This document shows positions 39,733 to 49,548 of a stretch of 64,000 nucleotides of DNA, piece by piece (positions within the stretch are counted from its first letter, which is position 1; the number at the start of each line of letters is the position of its first letter). The stretch is from a bacterium (GTDB lineage: Bacteria > DRYD01). The DNA is taken from positions 6,739-70,738 of the forward strand of contig JAUQQQ010000005.1 in assembly GCA_030549815.1 (NCBI GenBank). The letters run 5' to 3'. The position numbers were made by a program, and so were the translations under genes. The notes under the pieces were generated by a model, which made no database searches, was not told where the DNA came from, and saw only the letters and a program-made list of their open reading frames with translations.

Positions 39733-41547
39733 TCATTCTCTTTCAAACATTTTGTCTATATCTTTAAAAGATATCTTAACCATAACATTTCTGCCATGAG
39801 GACAAAAATAAGGATTTAGTTCTTCCAATTCAATCAATTCATTGAATATTTTTAACAGTTCTTCTTCGGACAATTTATGTCCCTTCTTTACTGCAGCTTT
39901 ACAAGCTACTTTAGATAATACATCCTTAATAATCTCTTCATCATCAAAAACAATGCTATCAAAATTATCAACTATAAATGAAACAGTTTCCCTAATGTAG
40001 TTAATATTAAAGATAGAAGGGAAAGAAAGGATAGACAATTCCTTTTCTTTTAATTCCGCCTCAAACCCCAACTTCCTTAAAAAATCAATGATTTCTTCTA
40101 CATTTTCCTCTTCCTTCACTTTCAAAGTTATTGGTATAAGCAATTTTTGGATTTTTTGTTTTTCCTTTTCTTTGAAAATTTTTAATAACTTAGAATAAAT
40201 AACTTTTTCATTAGCATTATGTTGATCAACAATAAAGAAATTATTTTCGAAAAGGACGAGGAAATAACAATTATCCCAATAATGAAGTAGTTTAGGCTTT
40301 TTTTTGTCTTCCAAATTATCAAGCTTAACTATTTGTATAACATTAGTTTTCATTTCTAACTTTTGGTCAGTATTTGAAAAATCCAATAAAGAAGGAGTAT
40401 TTTTTTCTTGCACCTTATCCTCTATCTTTTCCTCTATTTTTTCAACTTTCTCTTCTATTTTTTGTGCTATATTTTTTAGATTCTGATACCAATTAATTTG
40501 TTCGCTTTTTTCCTCAACTCGCTGGTCAATAAAAATATTAGGTTTAGACAACAAGTATTTATTTATAAAGTTTTTAATAGTTTTTTGCAAGAAATCTTTA
40601 AGAAAAATAGGTTTAAGGAAACGGACTTCTAATTTTCGAGGGTGCACATTGCAATCAACGTCGTAAGGCGGTAATTCTATTGACACTATTCCCTCTATTC
40701 TCCCTCGTTCCCCTAAAACCGTTCTAAATGTATTTACAACTATCTTTTCTAACTCATTCATCAACACAATCCTCTTATTAACATAAACATAAAAGTTGTT
40801 TTTAGCAGTTTCAATTTTTTCGTCATATTTATAATTAGTTGATAAAACAAGAGTTATTTTGTAACCCTCTATCTCTTGGATTTGCAAAGCAACTTCTTTT
40901 ATTCTAAAAATTTCTTTTACTCTTGATTCTAAAGTAGTAGGGATAAAATTATGTCTGAGTTTGTCTTCAACATATAAGGAAAACAGTATGTTGTTGTTTA
41001 TTGCTGCAAATTGTTTAAAAGTATTCATTATGTTGTGTAATTCAATTTTCTCGGATTTAAGGAAATTTCTTCTAACAGGAGAGTTGAAGAATAGATCATT
41101 AACTTTTATAATCGTGCCGCTTTTTGGGTTAAAACTTGTAGGTTCGATTCTAATTATTTTTCCTTCACTTGCCACCAAGGTATATGCTTGTTCTTGCTCA
41201 AGAGTTTTGGATGTTATTTGAATGTTAGATATTTGTGAGATAGCGTATAGGGCCTCCCCTCTAAAACCAAAAGTTTGTATTTTAAGCAAGTCTTCTTCAC
41301 TATTTATTTTGCTTGTTGAATATCTTTGGATTGTATAAGGTAGGTCATCTTTGTCGATACCAATCCCGTTGTCCCTAATTTCAATAAGTTTAAGGCCGCT
41401 ATTTAAGATCCTAACACTTATGTTTGTTGAATTAGCATCTATAGAGTTTTCGATTAGTTCTTTTAGTGCATTAGATGGTCTTTCTATAACTTCACCGGCA
41501 GCTATTTTGGAAAAAACACTTTCAGGTAACTGCTTTATCCTACCCAT
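39733..41547 (-). CDS. mutL: DNA mismatch repair protein MutL
   Basis: IAAGEVIERP, GFRGEAL, DCNVHP, DQHNANEK, ACK, CPHGR. Confidence 0.95.
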   Translation of the reverse strand: MGRIKQLPESVFSKIAAGEVIERPSNALKELIENSIDANSTNISVRILNSGLKLIEIRDNGIGIDKDDLPYTIQRYSTSKINSEEDLLKIQTFGFRGEALYAISQISNIQITSKTLEQEQAYTLVASEGKIIRIEPTSFNPKSGTIIKVNDLFFNSPVRRNFLKSEKIELHNIMNTFKQFAAINNNILFSLYVEDKLRHNFIPTTLESRVKEIFRIKEVALQIQEIEGYKITLVLSTNYKYDEKIETAKNNFYVYVNKRIVLMNELEKIVVNTFRTVLGERGRIEGIVSIELPPYDVDCNVHPRKLEVRFLKPIFLKDFLQKTIKNFINKYLLSKPNIFIDQRVEEKSEQINWYQNLKNIAQKIEEKVEKIEEKIEDKVQEKNTPSLLDFSNTDQKLEMKTNVIQIVKLDNLEDKKKPKLLHYWDNCYFLVLFENNFFIVDQHNANEKVIYSKLLKIFKEKEKQKIQKLLIPITLKVKEEENVEEIIDFLRKLGFEAELKEKELSILSFPSIFNINYIRETVSFIVDNFDSIVFDDEEIIKDVLSKVACKAAVKKGHKLSEEELLKIFNELIELEELNPYFCPHGRNVMVKISFKDIDKMFERE

Positions 41548-41657
41548 TTCGTAATACCTTCCTCAGAAAAATCATCCACATATCCAAAAACTAGGCTCAC
41601 ATACGCACTTTATTAATATTATCCATCCCAATATCAAAGTCCTTTATTAATATTTAG

Positions 41658-41705
41658 TTAACAAAATTTTAACAAAATATCGTGTTTTTTTACATTTTTT
41701 TTACA
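41658..41705 (-). promoter_or_regulatory. Two TGTWAA-N5-TGTWAA boxes
   Basis: TTAACA 41658-63/41669-74 and TTTACA 41689-94/41700-05. Confidence 0.6.
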
Positions 41706-41715
41706 ATTATTCCAC

Positions 41716-41743
41716 TTGACAAATCAAAAAAATTGATTATATA
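41716..41743 (+). promoter_or_regulatory. Candidate sigma70 promoter for pilin cluster 2
   Basis: Perfect TTGACA, 16-nt spacer, TATATA; spacer holds an AATCAA-N5-TTGATT inverted repeat. Confidence 0.45.
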
Positions 41744-41801
41744 TACAAAGGATGATAATAATTATCCAAAATAATACCTAAGTAAAAGGGGGTTAATACA
41801 A

Positions 41802-43491
41802 ATGAAAAAAAAGAAAGGTATAGTTTTAATGATAACCATTGCATTTTTAACAGTTCTAATAGCAGTTGTAATTCTTGCCCTTAACTCTTACAACTCAAGG
41901 TTTTCTTCAAACAATATAGAAAGATATTATGTAATGCAAAACATTGCAAAAGGTGCTTTAAATAGAGCTATCGCTCAATTGTATGCCAACCCTGGATGAA
42001 ATGGAGAAACATTCACATACAGAACTCCCTTAAGAAATTATAACGTTACAACAACAGTTACACCCCAGGGATTCCCCTCAGATACAGTTATAATAAACAT
42101 CGCTGTTTCAAATGGCAGAAATAATATAGACTTAGTTGGAATAGCGCAAGTTGACATTCTTTTTGATCCTGGGTCATTTGCAATAGCAACAGGCTCAAAC
42201 ATAACAACACAAGGAGGAAACCAATTGGTATTTACCTCTGACGACCCAAATGTAAGACTAAAAATATTAACAACTCAAGATATAACATGGGTTAGAGACT
42301 ATCAAAATAATAACATCCAAGCACAAAACTATTCTATAGACCAAGCTATTGAAACTCAGGAAATAAGCACAATAATAGCAAAAAAGTATTACAGGAAGAG
42401 GGACAGTAGACGCAGCAATAGCACAACAAATCGATCCAAATTTTAAACAAAGATTACAAAGCAACAATGATTTAGTAATAGATAACATAAATATAACTCC
42501 AGAATTTATAGAACAAAAATTTAGAACTTTTGTCGGCTCATTCCCAAATTTTGGAACAATCACAAATACAGGTAGCCTCTCATTTACAAACAGTGAAGCC
42601 ATTGCACAACCAGGTGTTAAATACATAAACCCATCTATACCCAATCAAGGAGTAATCTATATAACATCTCCTGGAGAATATTACTTCGATGGAAGTTTAG
42701 ATCTACAAGGCCAAGGAAATCTTAATATGGGTAGAATCCAAGTAAGATTACCAAAAGCAGGAGAAGGGCAACTATATGATAATTACAGAAACTTCTTTAA
42801 TTACGTTAGAACAACATTTGGTAATAATTCAAAATATACCTTTGATGGGACAATATATACAAACAACCCACCAGGGGGACAATACACAGCTAAAATAAGA
42901 CCTTTAAGTGAAGCCCCACAAGATGCACTACCCATATTTATACAGGCAAACTACTCAGATACAACAACAAGCAGCGGTAGTGGTGGAGGTAGAGGCAGAG
43001 GTGGTGGAGGAAGTGGCAACGCAACAACAACAATAATAGACCCAGACTTTTATTTCAGAACTAATGGGAAAACAGGCCAAAATTTCGCTTTTTACGGTAA
43101 TAAAAAAGCTGGTATTAATATATATATAAACGGTAATGTACAAGTAGGCGGTAATGCTATTATTAATCAAATAGATACAGATAGAAGCAATTTAACCTAC
43201 AATACACTCTTAAGGAAACCATCAACACTAAGGTTATATTTAGCATCAGGATACAACTTCACAGCAGGGAATGCTACAATAAATGCTGCTATAATTACCG
43301 ATAATTTCAGGATAAATGGAAATCCAACAATATACGGTGCAATGTATGGAATGAATTTTTCAAATAACAATAATTCCTCATATAGTTTCGCAGGATCAAT
43401 AACATTTACATATGATTCATCATTATTATCAAGAAGTCAAAATAGACAGAGGTTCAACCCAAGGTTGCTACACGTTTATATCCAACAATAA
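41802..43491 (+). pseudogene. Disrupted PilX-like minor pilin (about 562 codons when repaired)
   Basis: MKKKKG|IVLMIT prepilin; in-frame TGA 41997-99, frame continues; +1 frameshift near A6 at 42380-85 joins the frame open to 43491. Confidence 0.8.
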
Positions 43492-43505
43492 TGAAGGAGG
43501 AAAAA

Positions 43506-43934
43506 ATGAGAAAGAAAAAAGGATTCTCAATTTTAGAAGTATTAGTATCTTTTCTAATAGTAGTAATTGCCATATTTGGAGTGGTGAATTTTATCCTTTT
43601 TTACTCAAATTTTAATAGATCCTTAGAAAATAGGATACTCACATATACAATTGCCAACCAAGTATTAAACAACTTACTTTCAAGACCATACAATGACTTA
43701 AGAAATCTGGTAAATCAAAGTATAACAATAACTCGCGGAAATATAACGATTACATATACTGTAAATGAAAGAGCTTTTAGACCCATATGGTTACCCGTGG
43801 GATCCAATGAAAATATGCTAATAGAAATCTACGTCAATGCAACATATGTTGACAAAGGTAGAACGATTTCTAACATAAGGCTTTGGGGAACAAAATACAG
43901 ATGGGAGGGTATTATTAATGAAAGACCACAATAA
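43506..43934 (+). CDS. PilV-like minor pilin
   Basis: AAGGAGG RBS; MRKKKG|FSILEVLVS with Glu+5. Confidence 0.85.
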   Translation: MRKKKGFSILEVLVSFLIVVIAIFGVVNFILFYSNFNRSLENRILTYTIANQVLNNLLSRPYNDLRNLVNQSITITRGNITITYTVNERAFRPIWLPVGSNENMLIEIYVNATYVDKGRTISNIRLWGTKYRWEGIINERPQ

Positions 43935-45042
43935 AAAAGGATTATCATTAGCTGAAACCATCATAGCAATTGGCTTAGCATCATTACTAATGATTATAAC
44001 ATACACACTATTTGATATAACAATGAAAAACTACTATAGGAACGAAGAATTAAACTCTAATTTAGATAGAGCAAGAAAAATAGTCCCAATTATTAATAGA
44101 CATTTACTAAATGCAGGCTTTGGATTCCCTTCAGGAGCTACTTTTGCAGTAGTATCGGCAGGAACAGGAAATGTAATAACAAGCAATGAAAGAGCAGATA
44201 TACTCTTTTTAGCAGATTATACCGCATTTAACAATACCCCAACAAATATAAGAAGAAGAGACATATTCTTTACTCCACGGAGTTTTTCAACATCCGGAAA
44301 CCAGTTTAATCTACAAATTGATAGATTAAATGGAGAAGATGATGGAACTATAGATAACAACTACTTTGGATTAAATATAAATAGTTTTAGAGTAGGTAGC
44401 GGTATAATTTTCCTTTCTTACTACATATACAATCCATCATCACCTTCTCCCGCACCTAATAACAGTATAAGACAAAACTTTGCTCAAATAAAAGCCGTAG
44501 GAATAATAACTGCCAGGAATGGTAATCAATTAAGAGGAGAAATCATAGGACCACATAGGCTTTCTATTGCCGATAATTTTCCAGCAGCATATCAAATGGT
44601 TACTTCTAATGGAATAACAAATTTCAGCGGCGTTATACCGGCTATAATTATAGGTATAAATGATAACAATGACTCCCCATTGTTTATAAATAGCTCAAGG
44701 AATAATCAAAGAGTTTTAGATGATGCAGCTTTTTTTAAAATTTTCTATAGATACAATGATGGAACAGTTGTATTCTCTCAAGATACATTAACAAATAATA
44801 ATCAAAACATTGTGCTTGATTCTTCAGCAGTCTTACAAAGGTATGTCGATAGCATAGGATATGTTTTAATATTTAGAGAAAGAAGGAGAAGGACAGATGC
44901 AAACTGGATGCAACGTAATATAAGGTTTGTTACAAGAGGGATAGATGTACAATTCACATTTAACAACGAAAGAAGAACACACCATATATTAAGTGATGAA
45001 GTAAAATTATTCAACATATACAACAGGAATAATTTCCAATGA
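43918..45042 (+). CDS. PilW-like minor pilin
   Basis: KKG|LSLAETIIAIG; later LLNAGFG typical of PilW-type pilins. Confidence 0.8.
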   Translation: MKDHNKKGLSLAETIIAIGLASLLMIITYTLFDITMKNYYRNEELNSNLDRARKIVPIINRHLLNAGFGFPSGATFAVVSAGTGNVITSNERADILFLADYTAFNNTPTNIRRRDIFFTPRSFSTSGNQFNLQIDRLNGEDDGTIDNNYFGLNINSFRVGSGIIFLSYYIYNPSSPSPAPNNSIRQNFAQIKAVGIITARNGNQLRGEIIGPHRLSIADNFPAAYQMVTSNGITNFSGVIPAIIIGINDNNDSPLFINSSRNNQRVLDDAAFFKIFYRYNDGTVVFSQDTLTNNNQNIVLDSSAVLQRYVDSIGYVLIFRERRRRTDANWMQRNIRFVTRGIDVQFTFNNERRTHHILSDEVKLFNIYNRNNFQ

Positions 45043-45368
45043 ATGAATTTTCTTCAACTATCTCTATTTCATTTTCCTCTTTTTGCTGTATTTTAAAGTT
45101 ACTTCTAACATAATAACAAATTTCAGTGGTGTTATCCCTGCTATAAATGATAACTATAAATCCCTCTCATAATAGCATTAAAACAATCATAAAGTTTATA
45201 TAGATAAACAAATAACAATCAAAAGCTTTTCTTAACTATCCAGTAGACCTACAAACAAAAAATAATTACTTAAGTGATGGAGTAAAATTATTCAATATAT
45301 ACAACGGGAACAATTTCCAATGAATTAATTTTCTTCAATTATCTTTATTTCATATTCTACTTTTGCAG
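44989..45368 (+). repeat. Diverged ~100-bp direct repeat (44989-45088 / 45270-45368) with decayed pilW-like sequence between
   Basis: TTAAGTGATG..AATTTCCAATGAAT..TTTTCTTCAA present twice, 281 bp apart. Confidence 0.85.
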
Positions 45369-45744
45369 CCTTTTTAAGCATATGACTAACAGAGCAGTAT
45401 TTTTCTTGAGAAAGTTTTACTGCTTTTTCTACGTTTTCATATTTAAGATTTTTTCCCTTAAACTGATAAATTAATTTTATTTCGGTAAATACTTTTGGAT
45501 GTTCTTCGGCTCTTTTACCTTCAAAAAAAATTCTAAAATCAACTACTTCCTCTCTCATTTTTTTCAGTATAGAAATTACATCCATCGCGGTGCATCCCAT
45601 CAATGAGATGGCTAACAATTCCATAGGACTGGGAGCACTTTCAAATCCCCCAACATCCTTCTTACTGTCCAAAACAACCGCATGATTAGAATTAGTTATT
45701 CCAATAAACCTCAACCCTTCATTCCAAACCAATTCAGCTTTCAT
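45325..45744 (-). CDS. OsmC/YhfA family protein
   Basis: PSPMELL..GCTAMDV, SQEKYCSV; start after AAGGAGGAG. Confidence 0.9.
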   Translation of the reverse strand: MKAELVWNEGLRFIGITNSNHAVVLDSKKDVGGFESAPSPMELLAISLMGCTAMDVISILKKMREEVVDFRIFFEGKRAEEHPKVFTEIKLIYQFKGKNLKYENVEKAVKLSQEKYCSVSHMLKKAAKVEYEIKIIEEN

Positions 45745-45760
45745 TAATAATCTCCTCCTT

Positions 45761-46993
45761 TCAATCGACAATAAACATCGATTCTCTAGTATTAAATACC
45801 TTTCTTAATTCGTTAACTTCATCCAAAGTTGTATTCTTGATAATATCTAAATGATTAAACAAGTATTCATCAGGTATATCAAATAATTTTAACTTAGCCA
45901 ATAAAGAAGACTTAAAAATTCTTTTTTGCAAGGAAGAGGAAAATAAACCAATAAGGTAATTCTTTGCTACTTCCAATTCATCCTCTTTAAAACCCTCTTC
46001 AACAATTTTTTCTATTTCTTGTTTAAGTGCTTCTATTGCATTCTTCTTTTTATCTTTAGAAGTTAGCATAAGGATTTTAATATTCCCATAATACTTATTT
46101 TTCCCATCATCATGTAACAAAGGAACAGGATCGTATGAAGAAGTTATAGCATAGGCTAATTCTTTTTTTTCTCTAATGTTTATAAAAAGCCTTCCGGACA
46201 TAGAGCTAAGGATTCCATTTAACACTTTAAATTTAACCGATGTTAAAGATAGCGAAGGAGCAGGATAAAGCAAAGCTATACCCGCTTCTTTTTTATTCAA
46301 CTTTTCTGTTTTTCTCACGTTTATTACATCAAAATCCTTCATTTTATCATAATAAAAGTACTCGGTTGTCAAAAACTTTCCAAAATTTTTATAAACAAAA
46401 TTCTCCATATTCTCACTTACATATCCACTTATAACCATTATTTTCTTAACATTCTTATCAAAAATTTTTTCTTCCACCCATTTAATTAGGTTATATCTTG
46501 AAATAGAATTGATTGTTTTAAAAGTTCCTCTCGTATCCCAACTTAAGAAAGAGTTGTAGAATACCTTATCAGCATTTTCATATAAATATGTCCATACATC
46601 GTCCTTAGATAATTTTATGGAATTAATAAGATCTCTTTTAACCTCATCTATATCTTGCTGTCTTAAACCATAGTTAAATATTACTTCCTTAAGAGCATAG
46701 ATAGCATTTTTATAATTGTAAGAAGGGAAAGAGACAGAAATAGCACTACTAAAATTACCTCCCGACGAACTTAGTGAAACAGAATTCTTTTCAAGGTAAT
46801 ACTGAAAAGATTCAAACTTCATAGTCTTGGGTGCCCTTATTAGCGTTTTTAAACACAAATTATTTATTCCCATATTATTCAAACTCTCCATGTAGTTACC
46901 TAATAAAAAAACAACAGACACATAAGTGATAGGTATAGAATTATCAGGGATGATAAAAATTTTGTTTTCTATACTTTTATAATTCATTTCCAT
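45761..46993 (-). CDS. M16 (pitrilysin) family peptidase, non-catalytic subunit
   Basis: SGRLFINIREKKELAY; HxxEH replaced by NLCLK. Confidence 0.8.
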   Translation of the reverse strand: MEMNYKSIENKIFIIPDNSIPITYVSVVFLLGNYMESLNNMGINNLCLKTLIRAPKTMKFESFQYYLEKNSVSLSSSGGNFSSAISVSFPSYNYKNAIYALKEVIFNYGLRQQDIDEVKRDLINSIKLSKDDVWTYLYENADKVFYNSFLSWDTRGTFKTINSISRYNLIKWVEEKIFDKNVKKIMVISGYVSENMENFVYKNFGKFLTTEYFYYDKMKDFDVINVRKTEKLNKKEAGIALLYPAPSLSLTSVKFKVLNGILSSMSGRLFINIREKKELAYAITSSYDPVPLLHDDGKNKYYGNIKILMLTSKDKKKNAIEALKQEIEKIVEEGFKEDELEVAKNYLIGLFSSSLQKRIFKSSLLAKLKLFDIPDEYLFNHLDIIKNTTLDEVNELRKVFNTRESMFIVD

Positions 46994-47919
46994 ATTTCTA
47001 CCTCTTCTTCCAATTCTATTCCTATTTTTTTAGAATTCTGTTTAATAATATTAATGATATTATAAACGTCGTTAAATTTAGCGTTATTAAAATTAATGAT
47101 AAAATTGGCATGTTTTTCAGATACCTTTGCACCACCTAAAACAAAACCCTTATATCCTAACATTGAGATAACTTGCCAAGCTGCAATATTAGGCAAGTTT
47201 TTAAACACACTCCCACAAGATTTCTCATTCAAAGGTTGAGTAATCATTCTTTTCTTCCAAACCTCATCATATTTTGCTTTCAATAAATCAGGATTTGACA
47301 AATTAGATTTTGGAAACTCAAAAACAAAGGACAAAAAATCAATGTAAAACCCTTTATTAAAACATTCTTCTTTGAAGAAAGAGTTTCGGTATGAGAAAAA
47401 GCTCTGATCTACCTCTATAGTTCTAACAGTTTTCCTTATTCTGTCAAAAAATGTAACTTTTTTTAAATACATTGAAATTTCTACATTTTTTACTCCTGCG
47501 TTGTTAAATACTGCTCCACCAACAGAAGCAGGTATAGCTGCCAATTCTTCATACCCACCAATACCTTTACTTATTAACTTCCTTATAAAATATTGTAACT
47601 CCGTAAAAGGAGTAGTAAAAACTCTTATTACCTTTTCATCCTCAAAAAAGTATATACTTCTATATTTACCGGTAAGAATAAAAAATTCTACTCTCTCGTC
47701 ATTAATTAATAAATTACTACCTTTTCCGATTATCCTGTACGGTAATTTTGTATTAAGCTTATTAAGTAGTTTAATATAGTCTATATGATTTTTGAGGATA
47801 AAAACCCCTAAAGGTTTTCCGCCTATTGAATAGGTAGTAAATGAAGAAAGGTTAATATCGTCATAAAAAAAAGAATCCAGCCATTTTAGTGGCAGGATCC
47901 TTTCCAAATAGGTTTTCAT
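46984..47919 (-). CDS. murB: UDP-N-acetylmuramate dehydrogenase
   Basis: TYSIGG, GKGSNLL, IPASVGGAVFNNAG, QP..SCGSVFKN, KHANFIIN, LEEEV. Confidence 0.93.
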   Translation of the reverse strand: MKTYLERILPLKWLDSFFYDDINLSSFTTYSIGGKPLGVFILKNHIDYIKLLNKLNTKLPYRIIGKGSNLLINDERVEFFILTGKYRSIYFFEDEKVIRVFTTPFTELQYFIRKLISKGIGGYEELAAIPASVGGAVFNNAGVKNVEISMYLKKVTFFDRIRKTVRTIEVDQSFFSYRNSFFKEECFNKGFYIDFLSFVFEFPKSNLSNPDLLKAKYDEVWKKRMITQPLNEKSCGSVFKNLPNIAAWQVISMLGYKGFVLGGAKVSEKHANFIINFNNAKFNDVYNIINIIKQNSKKIGIELEEEVEIWK

Positions 47920-47924
47920 TTGGA

Positions 47925-48419
47925 TTATTTTTTCTGCTTAGATTTTTTTATTTTTCTGAATTTCTTTTTAAGAGGAGGTAGTTTAACAAACTTTCCGCCT
48001 ACTTTTTCCAATTTCTCTAAAGCTTTTTTTGTAATTTTATGTGCATGAACTTCCAATTTTTTGGTTATACTACCATTTCCTAAAATTTTTATTTCTTTTT
48101 TGTTATCTTCTATTAACCCAGCTTCGATTAATTTTTCAGGAGTAATAACAGAATTATTATCGAATCTTTCCAAGTCCTGAATTTTTACCAAATGATATTC
48201 TTTTTTAAAGATATTGGTAAATCCTTTTGATGGTATTCTTAGGTAGAGTGGGTTTTGTCCTCCTTCAAACCACTCTGGTTTAGCTCCACCACTTCTTGCT
48301 TTTTGCCCTTTAGTACCTCTTGTTGCAGTTACACCATGCCCACTACCCAGTCCTCTACCAACTCTTTTTCTTTTGTGTTTGCTTCCTGGAAAAGGCTTTA
48401 ATTCATGTAATTTTATCAT
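47925..48419 (-). CDS. rplO: 50S ribosomal protein L15
   Basis: RVGRGLGSGHG..RGTKGQKARSG, FEGGQNPLYLRIP. Confidence 0.96.
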   Translation of the reverse strand: MIKLHELKPFPGSKHKRKRVGRGLGSGHGVTATRGTKGQKARSGGAKPEWFEGGQNPLYLRIPSKGFTNIFKKEYHLVKIQDLERFDNNSVITPEKLIEAGLIEDNKKEIKILGNGSITKKLEVHAHKITKKALEKLEKVGGKFVKLPPLKKKFRKIKKSKQKK

Positions 48420-48425
48420 TTCTTA

Positions 48426-49073
48426 TCACCTACTTTTTCTTGGTTGTTTTTGGTAATTTCTTTGATAATTTTTCTGTTGATAATTTTTTTCTTTCTCTTC
48501 ATTTTCTTTTTCTTCTGTTCTTTCAGTTCTTTCAGAATAGTTTTTCTCTTGTTTTGATTTAATTAAATACTTTTCAAATTCATCAATTTGAGTTTCGGAT
48601 TTCAGTATTTGTTCGTACTCTTCTTTTGTTTTTAGGTTTTTAAGAGCATTAATGGTTGCCCATACCAAGTTAATGTGATTGTTACTACCCAAGGATTTGG
48701 TTAATACATTTTTATATCCTGCTTTTTCTAATACACTTCTGACTGGCATTGAGGCGATGATACCAGTTCCTTTTCCTGCAGGTTTAAGCAAAACTCTCGA
48801 CGTAGTATTTTCACCTATTATTTCATGTGGTATAGTATCATTAACTATTGGGACTTTAAATACATTTTTTTTAGCTTTATTTTCTGCTTTTCTTATTGCT
48901 AATAATGCTTCGGGAGCTTTAGCCAATGCTACACCAACATTTCCCTGTCCATCACCAACAACTACAAGAGCACTGAATCTAAATCTTTTTCCACCTTTCA
49001 TGACACGAGTAACTCTTCTTAATGAAACTAATATACTTTGATATTCAGAGCCTTGTTCTAAATTTTCTAACAT
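48426..49073 (-). CDS. rpsE: 30S ribosomal protein S5 with charged C-terminal extension
   Basis: [39 protein letters not shown]. Confidence 0.96.
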   Translation of the reverse strand: MLENLEQGSEYQSILVSLRRVTRVMKGGKRFRFSALVVVGDGQGNVGVALAKAPEALLAIRKAENKAKKNVFKVPIVNDTIPHEIIGENTTSRVLLKPAGKGTGIIASMPVRSVLEKAGYKNVLTKSLGSNNHINLVWATINALKNLKTKEEYEQILKSETQIDEFEKYLIKSKQEKNYSERTERTEEKENEEKEKNYQQKNYQRNYQKQPRKSR

Positions 49074-49084
49074 ACTCTACCTCC

Positions 49085-49459
49085 TTACATTTGTATCCCT
49101 TTTTCTCTTAAAACATCAGCTATTTTTTTAATATTTCCGTGGTATTTGTATCCTCCCCTGTCAAAAACAAGCTTAGTAATGTTTAATTTTTTACATCTTT
49201 CTGCCAACCTATTAGCAACCTCAACAATTAAATCTTTGTATTTTATTTCTTTTTTTTGTAATTTTTCCCTTAAGTCTTTTTCTAAAGAATTAGCATATGT
49301 TAGTGTATGTCCCTTTGTATCATCGATTACACTAAGGTATATATGTTTATTACTTCTAAAAACATTGCATCTTGGTCTTTCTGAAGTTCCTTTTACTTTC
49401 TTTCTAAGTCTTATATGTCTTACCTTTCTTTTTTGATTTCTACTTATCTTCTTTATCAT
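49085..49459 (-). CDS. rplR: 50S ribosomal protein L18
   Basis: GTSERPR..VFRSNKHIY, FDRGGYKYHG. Confidence 0.96.
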   Translation of the reverse strand: MIKKISRNQKRKVRHIRLRKKVKGTSERPRCNVFRSNKHIYLSVIDDTKGHTLTYANSLEKDLREKLQKKEIKYKDLIVEVANRLAERCKKLNITKLVFDRGGYKYHGNIKKIADVLREKGIQM

Positions 49460-49548
49460 CTTCTACACCTACCTTATACTAAAGTATCTTAGACCATATA
49501 GATAGTAATATAATTCTACCTTCTAAAAGACAAATCCTTTTTGTTTTA

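Noticed and set aside
41997-41999. TGA as a recoded Trp/Gly codon (alternative genetic code)
   Set aside because: Many intact genes here end at TGA with ATGA overlaps, and Trp is encoded by TGG throughout
42378-42386. In-phase A_AAA_AAG -1 frameshift heptamer in the PilX-like gene
   Set aside because: The -1 frame hits TAG after a few codons; the continuing ORF is in the +1 frame
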